Assembly (NCBI GenBank): GCA_963664815.2
Contig: CAXXHB010000003.1
Coordinates: forward strand, 3,456,001 to 3,520,000
DNA length: 64,000 nt
Source: Spirochaetota bacterium
Lineage (GTDB): Bacteria; Spirochaetota; UBA4802; UBA5550
Direction of reading: 5' to 3'
Positions 10,436 through 19,653 of the stretch are shown piece by piece. Both the position numbers and the translations under genes were made by a program. Numbering within the stretch: position 1 is the first letter of the stretch; each line of letters starts with the position of its first letter. The notes below the pieces were generated by a model. The model made no database searches. It was not told the DNA's origin and saw only the letters and a list, made by a program, of their open reading frames with translations.

Positions 10436-10697
10436 TAAACCTTCCGTATTTAATTGAATAAATATGTATTTTTTTACTCAATGTCAACTGTTATAATATA
10501 CAAAAAAATCCCGCTTTACAAAAACAGTTATTACTGTTTTATTTCAAAGTGAACCATGTATGTATATACAGATTCTCTGTTACATTATATTTTATATCAA
10601 TAAAAATATGACAGAATTGTAATGACAAATATTTGCGATAAAAGATCTGATTTAATTGACGTTCGTATCGTTAAATTTCTGCAGGCGGAGGGTTATT

Positions 10698-11435
10698 ATG
10701 ACTGGAATATTCAGAATTCAGCTGCTGATATTGATTATATTTATTTTTACAGGTTGTTTCAGAAATCCGCACGGTGACGCATACACTGAATTCAGTTTGC
10801 TGATGGATAATCAATTCACCGCCTCCGGCTCCACCCTTGCCTTTGAAACATGCGGCTGGCCTGTCTCAAAAAAAATGAAATTAAAAAAACTTGAACTCTC
10901 ATTTTTCCCGGACAGCGGCTTCAAAGACGGAAGGGGCTATGCGACAATCTCTGCAGAGGGTGATGGTTTCACCTGCGGCGGGAAACTCTTCTTTATCTAT
11001 GGCTACAGCTACACAGGGGGCCATGGTTACAGCGGTGGAACTGATATAATGCTTAATATAATCGAGCGCGAGTCCGCTGTAGAAGAAAAAATAAGCAATC
11101 CTTCATCGCCGGTTATTATTGAAACAGGAAAAATTATTGAGGGTGAACTCTCTGAAACCGGTACACGCCTTCCTGACAATACACCTGCCGACTATTATGT
11201 CATTGACCTTAAAGGTGACAGGCCAGGAATTAAATTAGCAACATCAGAATGCAAAGCGATAAATATAAAAGGATACATTTATCAGGATAAAATGTTTATT
11301 TCCGGATTCAATGAATCAGGTGTCAAACTGAAATCCGGTAAAGCGGTAATATTAATCTCGGCCGGCGGAAAAACCGGGAGATATTCATTTAAAGTCGAAG
11401 AACTGACCGAAAAGGAGAAATCAAACCTGAGATGA
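10698..11435 (+). CDS. Hypothetical lipoprotein
   Basis: GGAGGG RBS before ATG 10698; lipobox FTGC. Confidence 0.7.
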   Translation: MTGIFRIQLLILIIFIFTGCFRNPHGDAYTEFSLLMDNQFTASGSTLAFETCGWPVSKKMKLKKLELSFFPDSGFKDGRGYATISAEGDGFTCGGKLFFIYGYSYTGGHGYSGGTDIMLNIIERESAVEEKISNPSSPVIIETGKIIEGELSETGTRLPDNTPADYYVIDLKGDRPGIKLATSECKAINIKGYIYQDKMFISGFNESGVKLKSGKAVILISAGGKTGRYSFKVEELTEKEKSNLR

Positions 11436-11451
11436 TTTAATAGTCTTATAT

Positions 11452-11497
11452 TTTTAATCATTCCCGCTTTACAACATATTCGCGGGAATGATTAAAA
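11452..11497. terminator. Bidirectional terminator between convergent genes
   Basis: Perfect 16-bp inverted repeat TTTTAATCATTCCCGC / GCGGGAATGATTAAAA. Confidence 0.75.
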
Positions 11498-11499
11498 TA

Positions 11500-11889
11500 T
11501 TAATTACATCCCGGGAATGACGACACATACTGTATCTTGAAATCGGGGAATGAGTCGACTATCTGGACCTTGTAGTCAGGGAACGAATCTACAATCTGCC
11601 ACTTCCCTGGCCCATCTGCAAAAGAGTTCACTATCTGTACTTTTATATCAGGAAACGAACTCACCGCCTGAACCTTAACATCGGGGAAAGATGTCACATA
11701 CTGAATTTTACCATACAACCCGCATTTGCCTGGATTTCCTGAAGCCTGCGCTTCTTTACAAGCCTTCAGCTCAATTGCAAACTTTTCCTGTTTGCTCATA
11801 TTCTGCCTGCCTGAAGAGTTATTTACTGAGGTGATTCCGTAAGACATTAAAACAAAGAGTACAACACTGTAGGCTGCCATTTTTTTCAT
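11500..11889 (-). CDS. Small secreted repeat protein (VxSFPDxKVQ repeats; DUF6150-like)
   Basis: Signal peptide, GGAGG RBS, six 11-aa repeats split by a G-x-W linker. Confidence 0.75.
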   Translation of the reverse strand: MKKMAAYSVVLFVLMSYGITSVNNSSGRQNMSKQEKFAIELKACKEAQASGNPGKCGLYGKIQYVTSFPDVKVQAVSSFPDIKVQIVNSFADGPGKWQIVDSFPDYKVQIVDSFPDFKIQYVSSFPGCN

Positions 11890-11999
11890 TTATGCCCTCC
11901 TGTATTTTAATAAATAAACATGTTTTCATTATAATTACTCTTTCCGGGAATTTCAACCCTGGCCCTTTTAAAATTACTGCAGATATGAATATAATTACA

Positions 12000-14057
12000 T
12001 CAGAAAAGGACTGAATAGCCGCATTTCACCGATCTCCCCGGCTCATTAAAAGTATAACCGCTCTTTGATACCGACATATAATCATAGTATTCCCTGTTCA
12101 GTATATTTATGCATACAATGCTGATGCTGTTATTAAACCCTCCGGCGGCGAATTTCATATCAATACCCGCATCGATTTTATACCAGCTTTCTGACTTATT
12201 TATCCCCTCCGGAACCTTTGTCTGTGCCGCAGTCCATGTTCCGTCAATAAAACCTGAAACACCATACGGCGCATTAACCTTTAATCCGGTCACTGCCCGC
12301 AGCGGCGCTATTGACGGGAGGTCCTCATCGTTTTTTGTATCTCTCCCCCTGACAAATGAAAGATTATTATAAAGCTCCAGCCAATATGCAGCCCTGACTG
12401 AAATATCGTATTCTGCACCGGACAATCTGGCCCTGTCAATGTTCTGCAGTCTGTACTCGGTTGATGACAACTGCTTTTCAGCAATAAGGTTCCTCATCAG
12501 ATTCAGCCAGGCTGATACATTCCCTTTAAACCATTTATTCTTATAATGAAGGGAATATTCAAAAAACCATGAACGTTCCGGTTCAAGATCCGGATCACCC
12601 CATTTTTCCACACCTCCGCCAAGCGCTATATATTTATACCTCTCTTCAAGTGAGGCAGCCCTGTAACCGCTCGCGGCCAGCAGCCCTGTTGAGAAATCCT
12701 TTAATATTTCATAGCTTGCGCCGGCATGTCCATTCCATGAATAATCACGTACATCCTGCTGCTCCCAGATAACAGCAGATGATGCCGGATATTCGGATTT
12801 ATAGACTTTATCATTCCCTGTGAAGATCCCGTCAAATCTGCCGCCCGCATTCAGGGTCAAAGCGGAAAGTTTCATATCATCTTCAGCAAAAATTCCTGAA
12901 GACAAATAATATGCATCAGGAACCGGCGTATCATCAGTTACGAGCAGCCCGGTTGCCATATTTGTTTTTTTCCTGTCAGTGCTGATTGTCCTGAGCCATA
13001 AGTCTACGCCCGCTACAAGTCTGTTGTTTTCCAGTATCCAGGTATTAATCCACTGTCCACCCGCAGTTCTGTTGTCGGACTCCGGCTGGATTCTTATTAC
13101 CTGAGAAAGAGTATTGGGATTATCAATACAGACTTCCCGTTTTAAATACATCCAGTAAAAATGAAGTTTTGATTCAATCCAGACAGGACTTTCCGGTATA
13201 ATCTTATAGTCAATGGAGGCAAGCCCCCGTTTAATTTTTTTATATTCCGCGTCTGCAGCGGTTGAAGGGACAGAATCACGCGCTCCAGGTATCCCTATAT
13301 CCCATCCCTCGTAATACTGCGACCGCAACTCTAATGTCTGCCCCGGAGCCGTCTTAAATCCCAGGTTAACAACACCCTCTGCATCATTAAATCCGCTGTC
13401 TGCAACTTTGTTGCCGCTGCCGTCAGTGTAGTTATCATGCGTCCGGTAACTTCCGCTTCCGAAGACATAAAAGTCCCTGCTGTTGAATGATGTAAATCCA
13501 TAGGAGTTTAATCCGGTTGAGTTGCTTTCACAGGTCAGATTTATGCCGCTTTCGTAACCTGATTCATCAGAAAATTTACCTGTCCTGGTATAAATATTTA
13601 CAACTCCCCCTGTAGATCCGGAGCCATATAAGGATGATATCGGGCCTTTAAGCACCTCTGTTCTGACTATGGAAGCAGGGTTAAGTGTCCCGAACTGAGC
13701 GCCAATATCTGTTGAAGTATTCATCCTGCTCCCGTCAATCAGCATTATCACCTTGTCACGTCCAGCGCCCCGTATGCTTATTTCCGACCCCCATGAAGAA
13801 TCTGAAGATTTATATACACCGGTGATATCCTGCAGCGCATCGCTTATGCTCACAGGCGTTTTTTTCATAATTCCGTTTTCCGTCAAGACACCGACCCCCC
13901 CTGGAGTTGATGTCAGTGTTTTGCCGTATCCATCGGCGCTGATTATTATCTCATCTGCTACATACGGCTCAAATGAACCATTCTCAGCGGATAATGCATA
14001 TGCAATTATTACCGAAAGGGCTGTTACAGTTAAAAGAATGACCGGTTTCAGTTTCAC
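12000..14057 (-). CDS. TonB-dependent outer membrane receptor
   Basis: Signal peptide, plug motifs ISIRG and EVLKGPISSLYGS..GGVVNI, DPDLEPE, C-terminal PGRS...F. Confidence 0.92.
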   Translation of the reverse strand: MKLKPVILLTVTALSVIIAYALSAENGSFEPYVADEIIISADGYGKTLTSTPGGVGVLTENGIMKKTPVSISDALQDITGVYKSSDSSWGSEISIRGAGRDKVIMLIDGSRMNTSTDIGAQFGTLNPASIVRTEVLKGPISSLYGSGSTGGVVNIYTRTGKFSDESGYESGINLTCESNSTGLNSYGFTSFNSRDFYVFGSGSYRTHDNYTDGSGNKVADSGFNDAEGVVNLGFKTAPGQTLELRSQYYEGWDIGIPGARDSVPSTAADAEYKKIKRGLASIDYKIIPESPVWIESKLHFYWMYLKREVCIDNPNTLSQVIRIQPESDNRTAGGQWINTWILENNRLVAGVDLWLRTISTDRKKTNMATGLLVTDDTPVPDAYYLSSGIFAEDDMKLSALTLNAGGRFDGIFTGNDKVYKSEYPASSAVIWEQQDVRDYSWNGHAGASYEILKDFSTGLLAASGYRAASLEERYKYIALGGGVEKWGDPDLEPERSWFFEYSLHYKNKWFKGNVSAWLNLMRNLIAEKQLSSTEYRLQNIDRARLSGAEYDISVRAAYWLELYNNLSFVRGRDTKNDEDLPSIAPLRAVTGLKVNAPYGVSGFIDGTWTAAQTKVPEGINKSESWYKIDAGIDMKFAAGGFNNSISIVCINILNREYYDYMSVSKSGYTFNEPGRSVKCGYSVLF

Positions 14058-14087
14058 AGATTTCCTCCTGTTGATTGTCTATAAAGC

Positions 14088-14720
14088 TTATAAAATTATT
14101 ATTTTATAAGCTGAAAAAATAAAATATCCGCTAAACACAAGCAGTATCCCGCCGCATACAATTGATATAACCAGTATATACCCTCTCCCCAGAACAGAAC
14201 GGCCGATAAAACTCATGTACGAAATAAAGTAGAGCCAGATTAAATTAGTTATGAAATGCAAAGCGTAAAACAGTATACTCACCACAAAACCGAGTTCAAT
14301 GCTGCGCAGAATAAGGACACTGCCTATTGTAGACCACCATAGAAGTAAAAATGGATTTGCCAGCGTCATCACTGCTCCTGCAATAAAGGATGAAGATGAT
14401 ACTCCAGCCGGTGAAGGGGAATCAGTTTTACGCGCACGGAATGTTTTCCATGCCATATAGAACAGAAAGATACCGCCGGCCAGGGCAAGTACAAAGCGGA
14501 TGTGCGGCTCCCGGGCAAACCTTCCAAGTCCCATAAAGAGGAGAATAACCAGCGGAAGTTCAACAGCACCATGACCGAGCATAACGAATACTCCTGCATG
14601 GGGGGAGCGGGTCCCTCGTTCGATTGTTATGGCCATTACCGGGCCCGGAGTTAGAAAACCGGGTATTGTAATTAAAACAGACTGAAGAAGAAAAGATGCA
14701 GCCGGCATAAATTCATTCAT
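14088..14720 (-). CDS. LysE family translocator
   Basis: TPGP, GHGAVE, TLANP..WW; start moved to ATG 14720 after GGAG RBS. Confidence 0.85.
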   Translation of the reverse strand: MNEFMPAASFLLQSVLITIPGFLTPGPVMAITIERGTRSPHAGVFVMLGHGAVELPLVILLFMGLGRFAREPHIRFVLALAGGIFLFYMAWKTFRARKTDSPSPAGVSSSSFIAGAVMTLANPFLLLWWSTIGSVLILRSIELGFVVSILFYALHFITNLIWLYFISYMSFIGRSVLGRGYILVISIVCGGILLVFSGYFIFSAYKIIIL

Positions 14721-14774
14721 TTGATTATTTACTCCATAAATAATTTTATAAAACCCAATCAGCATAGTACCTAT

Positions 14775-14869
14775 AAACACAAAACGCCTGTCCATGCAGG
14801 AGCGCAGAACAGGCGTTATACCTTATCGCACCCCTTATACTCAGCCTGAGCCTTGTTTTCAGGACACAT
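14775..14869 (-). promoter_or_regulatory. Attenuator-like leader with intrinsic terminator upstream of the LysE/TonB-receptor pair
   Basis: 9-bp stem AACGCCTGT/ACAGGCGTT followed by TTGTGTTT; competing pairing 14827-14835 with 14798-14806. Confidence 0.5.
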
Positions 14870-15129
14870 TATAACTATAAAATAGTTTCTGATTTCAGTT
14901 CAGTATTAAAATAAACGTTATGCATTTAAATTACATTTACAACCAGTAAATTTGTCAATATAAATATCATTAATCGCATATAAATATTTATTTTGTAGCA
15001 CTTAAGCCTCCCGGGATAGATCATTAAAAATATTTTCCACTTAGATACATGGACAAATTATATATAATTGACAGAAATAACATATAACATCAATAATTAT
15101 ACATAACAACAGAAAAGGAGCAATAGTCT

Positions 15130-15381
15130 ATGTCTGATAAACGCTTGGGTGTAATCGGGATAGTCATTGAAAACCGTGCATCAGCAGGGCATGTAAACGA
15201 AATACTGAGCGAACATGCGGATTTCATAATAGGCCGCATGGGAGTTCCATACAGGGAAAAGGATGTCAGCGTAATATCACTGATTGTGGACGCGGACACT
15301 GATCAGGTAGGATCGCTGACCGGGAAACTTGGTTCTGTACCAGGTGTCATTGTAAAAAGTGCCATTACAAAACCAAGATAA
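15130..15381 (+). CDS. TM1266 family iron-only hydrogenase system regulator
   Basis: VNEILSE..IIGRMGVPY...ISLIV...LTGKLG.VPGV.VKS; 83 aa; adjacent to [FeFe]-hydrogenase genes. Confidence 0.9.
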   Translation: MSDKRLGVIGIVIENRASAGHVNEILSEHADFIIGRMGVPYREKDVSVISLIVDADTDQVGSLTGKLGSVPGVIVKSAITKPR

Positions 15382-15391
15382 TGTATAATTC

Positions 15392-15868
15392 TCAGGTAAT
15401 TACCGCAGCTTTAATAGCCTCAGATGCAGCATAATGAATTTTTTCACTTACAGGGAATGAAAGATCAATAGCACATGTGTCAATATCTGCCGGCACTATA
15501 CCGATAAGATCTATCGCAACGTTACCGGATACAATATAACATTGAAATATTACTTCCCTTAACTCAGGTGACATGCGTAAAATATTCCAGAATCCGGCTT
15601 TAAGGTTTTCTGAAGGTATTCTATAGACAGTACCCGGAATATCATCAGTTTTCAGTGCATCCACAATCACAACCTTTCTTCTGCCATTTATAATCGGCAG
15701 CAGATCATAAATTGCAGACCCGACTTCTACAATATCCACATCAGGCGGTATGTTAATATTTGAACCAAGAATATAATTTATTACATGAACGCCTATTCCA
15801 TCATCCTTTCTGGATATATTCCCGACTCCAAGTATCAGTATGCTTTTCATATTATAATATACACTCAT
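15392..15868 (-). CDS. Hydrogenase maturation protease-like protein (HyaD/HybD type)
   Basis: ILGVGNISRKDDGIGVHV, VVIVDA, PGTVYRI, LS..V motifs; metal-ligand His not seen. Confidence 0.85.
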   Translation of the reverse strand: MSVYYNMKSILILGVGNISRKDDGIGVHVINYILGSNINIPPDVDIVEVGSAIYDLLPIINGRRKVVIVDALKTDDIPGTVYRIPSENLKAGFWNILRMSPELREVIFQCYIVSGNVAIDLIGIVPADIDTCAIDLSFPVSEKIHYAASEAIKAAVIT

Positions 15869-16340
15869 ACAGACTAATTTTCATATGCAGAATTTCAATC
15901 AATTCCCGTGTGAAATCATAAGCTCTGAGCATATTTTCCATTCCGCGGCAGGATATCCTTTCAGAAAACCCCCACTCACAGCCTCTTATTCCGATTATGT
16001 ATGCCTGAACCTCTTTTTCAAAACAGGAACTGCACAGTGAAATTACGTATTCAGGAGAAATAAGCGGTAATGAAAAATTTATATCACCCAGAGGCCTAAT
16101 AATATCAAACGTAAATGGTTCCTCTCCATAAAACGAAGCATCAATGAACAGAACAACTGAGGCATCCGCTGCCGCAATATCATATGCATCATCAACCGAA
16201 AGCTGAAATTTATCCTCGACAACGACTCCCGGAATCTCATCCGCCCGCAGCATTTCAATTATCTCCGGGCCCATTCCGTCATCCTGCCTGAACCTGTTGC
16301 CGTAGCCGATTATGTATATCTGATTTTTTTCATTATTCAT
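15852..16340 (-). CDS. Hydrogenase maturation protease-like protein (HoxW type)
   Basis: IIGYGNRFRQDDGMGP, QL....A.DIA, VLFIDAS; metal-ligand His not seen. Confidence 0.85.
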   Translation of the reverse strand: MNNEKNQIYIIGYGNRFRQDDGMGPEIIEMLRADEIPGVVVEDKFQLSVDDAYDIAAADASVVLFIDASFYGEEPFTFDIIRPLGDINFSLPLISPEYVISLCSSCFEKEVQAYIIGIRGCEWGFSERISCRGMENMLRAYDFTRELIEILHMKISLYECIL

Positions 16341-16348
16341 TTTTAATT

Positions 16349-16394
16349 AAAAAAAATGGGATCACAGGCATATTGTAATATACCTGCGCCCCAT
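16349..16394 (-). terminator. Terminator-like hairpin immediately upstream of the HoxW-like gene
   Basis: ATGGGGCGCAGG..CCTGTGATCCCAT followed by a T-run on the minus strand. Confidence 0.55.
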
Positions 16395-16488
16395 GGTAAT
16401 ATATCTGTTTTTAACAACGGGCTTAATTAAAATCTGCTTAACAATGACAATGCATCATATTGCAGGAAGATTACTTTTCTGACAACAG

Positions 16489-16530
16489 AAAAGGGTGGTT
16501 CACAGGCACTACTACCCGTGCCTGTGAACC
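16489..16530 (-). terminator. Terminator downstream of hydA
   Basis: Perfect 13-bp stem GGTTCACAGGCAC/GTGCCTGTGAACC then ACCCTTTT. Confidence 0.7.
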
Positions 16531-16568
16531 TGTAAAACAATTTATCTGCATTGAACAGACGAGCTAAT

Positions 16569-18356
16569 TTAACGTCTGCTTCTCCTCGACGTATAGTGAG
16601 TATGAAGCAGTTCATGTGAATGATGACCAAGAGGTTCATGGAGAAACTCTTTGTAAATCATCTGTACTTCAGGGTTTTCATGCGACTTTCTCAAAGGAAG
16701 GCCGCTGTCAGCCGCATATATTGCAGCGGCGCGTTTTTTCCTGATCTCCGGCGAAGTGGGTATAGGCTGGCCCCCTCCGCCAATACACCCGCCCGGGCAT
16801 GCCATTATTTCAATAAAGTGATATGGTGATTTTCCGGCATCTATCTCTTTCATAAGTTTGTCCGCGTTTGCAAGCCCATGCGCAATGGCAACTTTAAGTT
16901 CAGCCCCCTCAAGGAATTTCCATTCGGGTTTCACATTTTCAATCTTGACAGATGCAGTCTTTATTCCTTCCATACCGCGAACCGGTTCAATATCCAGATT
17001 TTTAAACGGTACTTCGCGGCCTGTTACTATTTCATACGCGGTACGGAGAGCTGCTTCCATTACCCCGCCGGTTGTTCCGAATATAACCGCAGCTCCTGTT
17101 GAATCGCCCATGATGCTGTCAAATTTCTGATCTTCGAGATTCTTAAAGTCAATACCTGACTGACGGATCATATGAGCGAGCTCTCTTGTGGTAAGAACAT
17201 AATCAACATCCCTGAAACCGCTGCTGTTCATCTCCGGCCTTCCCGCTTCAAACTTCTTCGCAGTACAGGGCATGATGGAAACAGAAACCATTTTAGAGGG
17301 GTCAACCCCCCTTTTCTTTGCATAATAAGTCTTGGCAAGTGCACCGAACATCTGCTGCGGCGATTTGCATGTTGACAGGTTATCGAGAAGCGACGGGTAC
17401 TGGTGTTCAATAAACTTGATCCATCCGGGTGAACATGAAGTCATCATTGGCAGGGCCACATTTTTCTTTTCTGCAAGAGCCTCTTTAAGCCGGACAAGAA
17501 GTTCTGTCCCCTCTTCCATTATAGTAAGGTCTGCGGTAAAATCAGTATCAAGAACAGAATCAAAACCGAGTTTCCTCAGAGCGGTCACCATCTTTCCCGT
17601 CACCACTCCGCCGGTTTCCATCCCCAGGGCTTCCCCAAGACCGACTCTCACGGCAGGAGCAGTCTGTACAACAACGTGAGCTTCAGGATCATCTATCGCA
17701 TTCCATACATCCTGTATATAATTTCTCTCGGTAAGGGCCCCTGTGGGACATCGGTTTATGCACTGCCCGCAGTTTGTACAGACTACATAGTGCATCGGCT
17801 TATCCATAAAAGTTGAAACCTTGGTATGATTTCCTTTATTAGCACTCCATAAGGCTGAAACACCCTGAAGTTCTGTACATGTTCTGACGCACCTGAGGCA
17901 TTTAATGCATTTGCTGTCATCCTTGACAATCGAAGGTGAAGAGATGTCCACCGGAGATCTGTCAGCTACATCAATAAAGGCATTACCATCTGCAAGATAT
18001 TCCTGCGCGATGGACTGAAGCTCACAGTTCCCGCTCCTGTAACAGGATGTACATTCGCCGGCATGTTCGGAAAGAAGAAGTTCAATTATCGTTTTCCGCG
18101 CTTCACGAACTTTTTTTGTATTGGTATAAATCTCCATCCCCTCTGCAGCTGGAACAGCGCATGACGCCTGAAGCGCCCTGGCCCCTTTCTGCTCAACAAC
18201 GCAGACCCGGCAGTTGCCTGCAACGCAGAGATCCTCATGATGGCAGAGCGTAGGAATCCTCACTCCGGCTTTTTTTGCGGCTTCAAGAATTGTAGCTCCT
18301 TTAGCCACTGTCACTTTTTTATCATTTATAGTTAAACTTATATTATCCATTGTCAT
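16569..18356 (-). CDS. hydA: [FeFe]-hydrogenase catalytic subunit (group A, NADH-linked HydA)
   Basis: N-terminal 2Fe-2S, His-ligated 4Fe-4S, 2x4Fe-4S; H-cluster motifs TSCSPGW, MPCTAKKFE, EIMACPGGCIGGGGQP; fused small-subunit tail RKSHENP. Confidence 0.96.
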   Translation of the reverse strand: MTMDNISLTINDKKVTVAKGATILEAAKKAGVRIPTLCHHEDLCVAGNCRVCVVEQKGARALQASCAVPAAEGMEIYTNTKKVREARKTIIELLLSEHAGECTSCYRSGNCELQSIAQEYLADGNAFIDVADRSPVDISSPSIVKDDSKCIKCLRCVRTCTELQGVSALWSANKGNHTKVSTFMDKPMHYVVCTNCGQCINRCPTGALTERNYIQDVWNAIDDPEAHVVVQTAPAVRVGLGEALGMETGGVVTGKMVTALRKLGFDSVLDTDFTADLTIMEEGTELLVRLKEALAEKKNVALPMMTSCSPGWIKFIEHQYPSLLDNLSTCKSPQQMFGALAKTYYAKKRGVDPSKMVSVSIMPCTAKKFEAGRPEMNSSGFRDVDYVLTTRELAHMIRQSGIDFKNLEDQKFDSIMGDSTGAAVIFGTTGGVMEAALRTAYEIVTGREVPFKNLDIEPVRGMEGIKTASVKIENVKPEWKFLEGAELKVAIAHGLANADKLMKEIDAGKSPYHFIEIMACPGGCIGGGGQPIPTSPEIRKKRAAAIYAADSGLPLRKSHENPEVQMIYKEFLHEPLGHHSHELLHTHYTSRRSRR

Positions 18357-18368
18357 ATCTCCCCGGTC

Positions 18369-19553
18369 TCAGTAGCATATTTCTTCACGGAAATGTTCCG
18401 TAATAGAATTGAAAGGGCTTGCGAGCGACTGTCCAAGGCCGCATTTTGAGGCAACTGCCATTGTCGCAGCGAGTTTTCTCAGATCATTAATATATTCTAC
18501 CGGCCTTTCCCCTGCCCTTATTGCCTCTATACCCTTTAAAAGCTGCTGGCATCCGACCCTGCATGGAGTACACTGCCCGCACGATTCCTCCTCAAAAAAC
18601 TCAAGATAGTTTTTAAGAACATGAAACATCGACCTTTTACTGTTAAAAAGCATCATTGAACCTCCGGTCGGTACACCCTCAAATCCTATTATTGTTTTAT
18701 CAAAGTTTTTCCTGGGAACACATGTTCCGGAGGCTCCGCCTACCTGAACAGCCTTTGTATCGCCATCTCCGAACAGGTCAACAAACTCCTGCATGTTCAT
18801 CCCCATAGGGAGCTCATAAACTCCTTTTACTGCGCAGTCTCCTGAAACAGAGAAGACCTTTCCACCCATAGAATCCTTTGTGCCGATTGATTTGAAATTT
18901 TCCGCACCTTTATCAATAATTGCCGTAACATAGGCAAGCGTTTCCACGTTATTTACAACGGTTGGTTCATTCATGTAGCCGGCGCCTACCGGGAATGGAG
19001 GTTTATTCCTGGGCTCACCCCTGTTTCCCTCCATTGATTCTATAAGAGCTGTCTCCTCACCGCAGACATATGCTCCGCTCCCAGACCGTACATTAACAGT
19101 AAACTTAAATTTCTTATATGCAAACTGCGCATTCCATTTGTCGCAGCATTCCTGAAGTTTATCTTTAAAAAAATTATATTCTCCCCGGAGATATATATAA
19201 CCTTCCTGAGATCCTACCGCATGTGCGCATATAGCCATTCCCGTTATTACCTTATCCGGTTCCTCTTCAAGTATTCTCCTGTCCTTGAATGTCCCCGGTT
19301 CACCCTCGTCGGCGTTGCATATAATATACTTAATTTTTCCGGTCGATGCGGCAGCGCCTTTCCATTTTAAGCCTGTAGGAAAACCTGCACCTCCACGACC
19401 TCTCAGACCCGATTTTGTAACTATATCAATTATTGTGTCAGGTTTCTCGGCAAAAGCTTTATCCAGGATGCTTATACAGTCAGCTCCTTTAAATATAAGA
19501 TTTACCCTCTCCTGCATTTTATCCAGTTTTTCTTTTTTATCCGTATCAGCCAT
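18369..19553 (-). CDS. hydB: NuoF/HoxF-like FMN/NADH-binding diaphorase subunit (short HydB)
   Basis: GLRGRGGAGFPTGLKW, NADEGEPGTFKDR, YVCGEETAL, ESCGQCTPCRVG..CGLG; no C-terminal ferredoxin domain. Confidence 0.92.
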   Translation of the reverse strand: MADTDKKEKLDKMQERVNLIFKGADCISILDKAFAEKPDTIIDIVTKSGLRGRGGAGFPTGLKWKGAAASTGKIKYIICNADEGEPGTFKDRRILEEEPDKVITGMAICAHAVGSQEGYIYLRGEYNFFKDKLQECCDKWNAQFAYKKFKFTVNVRSGSGAYVCGEETALIESMEGNRGEPRNKPPFPVGAGYMNEPTVVNNVETLAYVTAIIDKGAENFKSIGTKDSMGGKVFSVSGDCAVKGVYELPMGMNMQEFVDLFGDGDTKAVQVGGASGTCVPRKNFDKTIIGFEGVPTGGSMMLFNSKRSMFHVLKNYLEFFEEESCGQCTPCRVGCQQLLKGIEAIRAGERPVEYINDLRKLAATMAVASKCGLGQSLASPFNSITEHFREEICY

Positions 19554-19653
19554 TTTATAATCTCCTTCTGTTTAAATAGTCCGACTGTTGCATAATATTC
19601 ATCACAGATGCTTATGCCCAGCTGAACCGTATGAAAAATCACAGCAGACCTCT

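Noticed and set aside
11500-11720. 33-bp periodic repeats as a possible CRISPR array
   Set aside because: Repeats are degenerate at codon third positions, have no spacers and encode a protein repeat.
18369-18371. Selenocysteine at the hydB TGA
   Set aside because: The domain is complete, the hydA RBS and start follow immediately, and no SECIS-like hairpin is evident.
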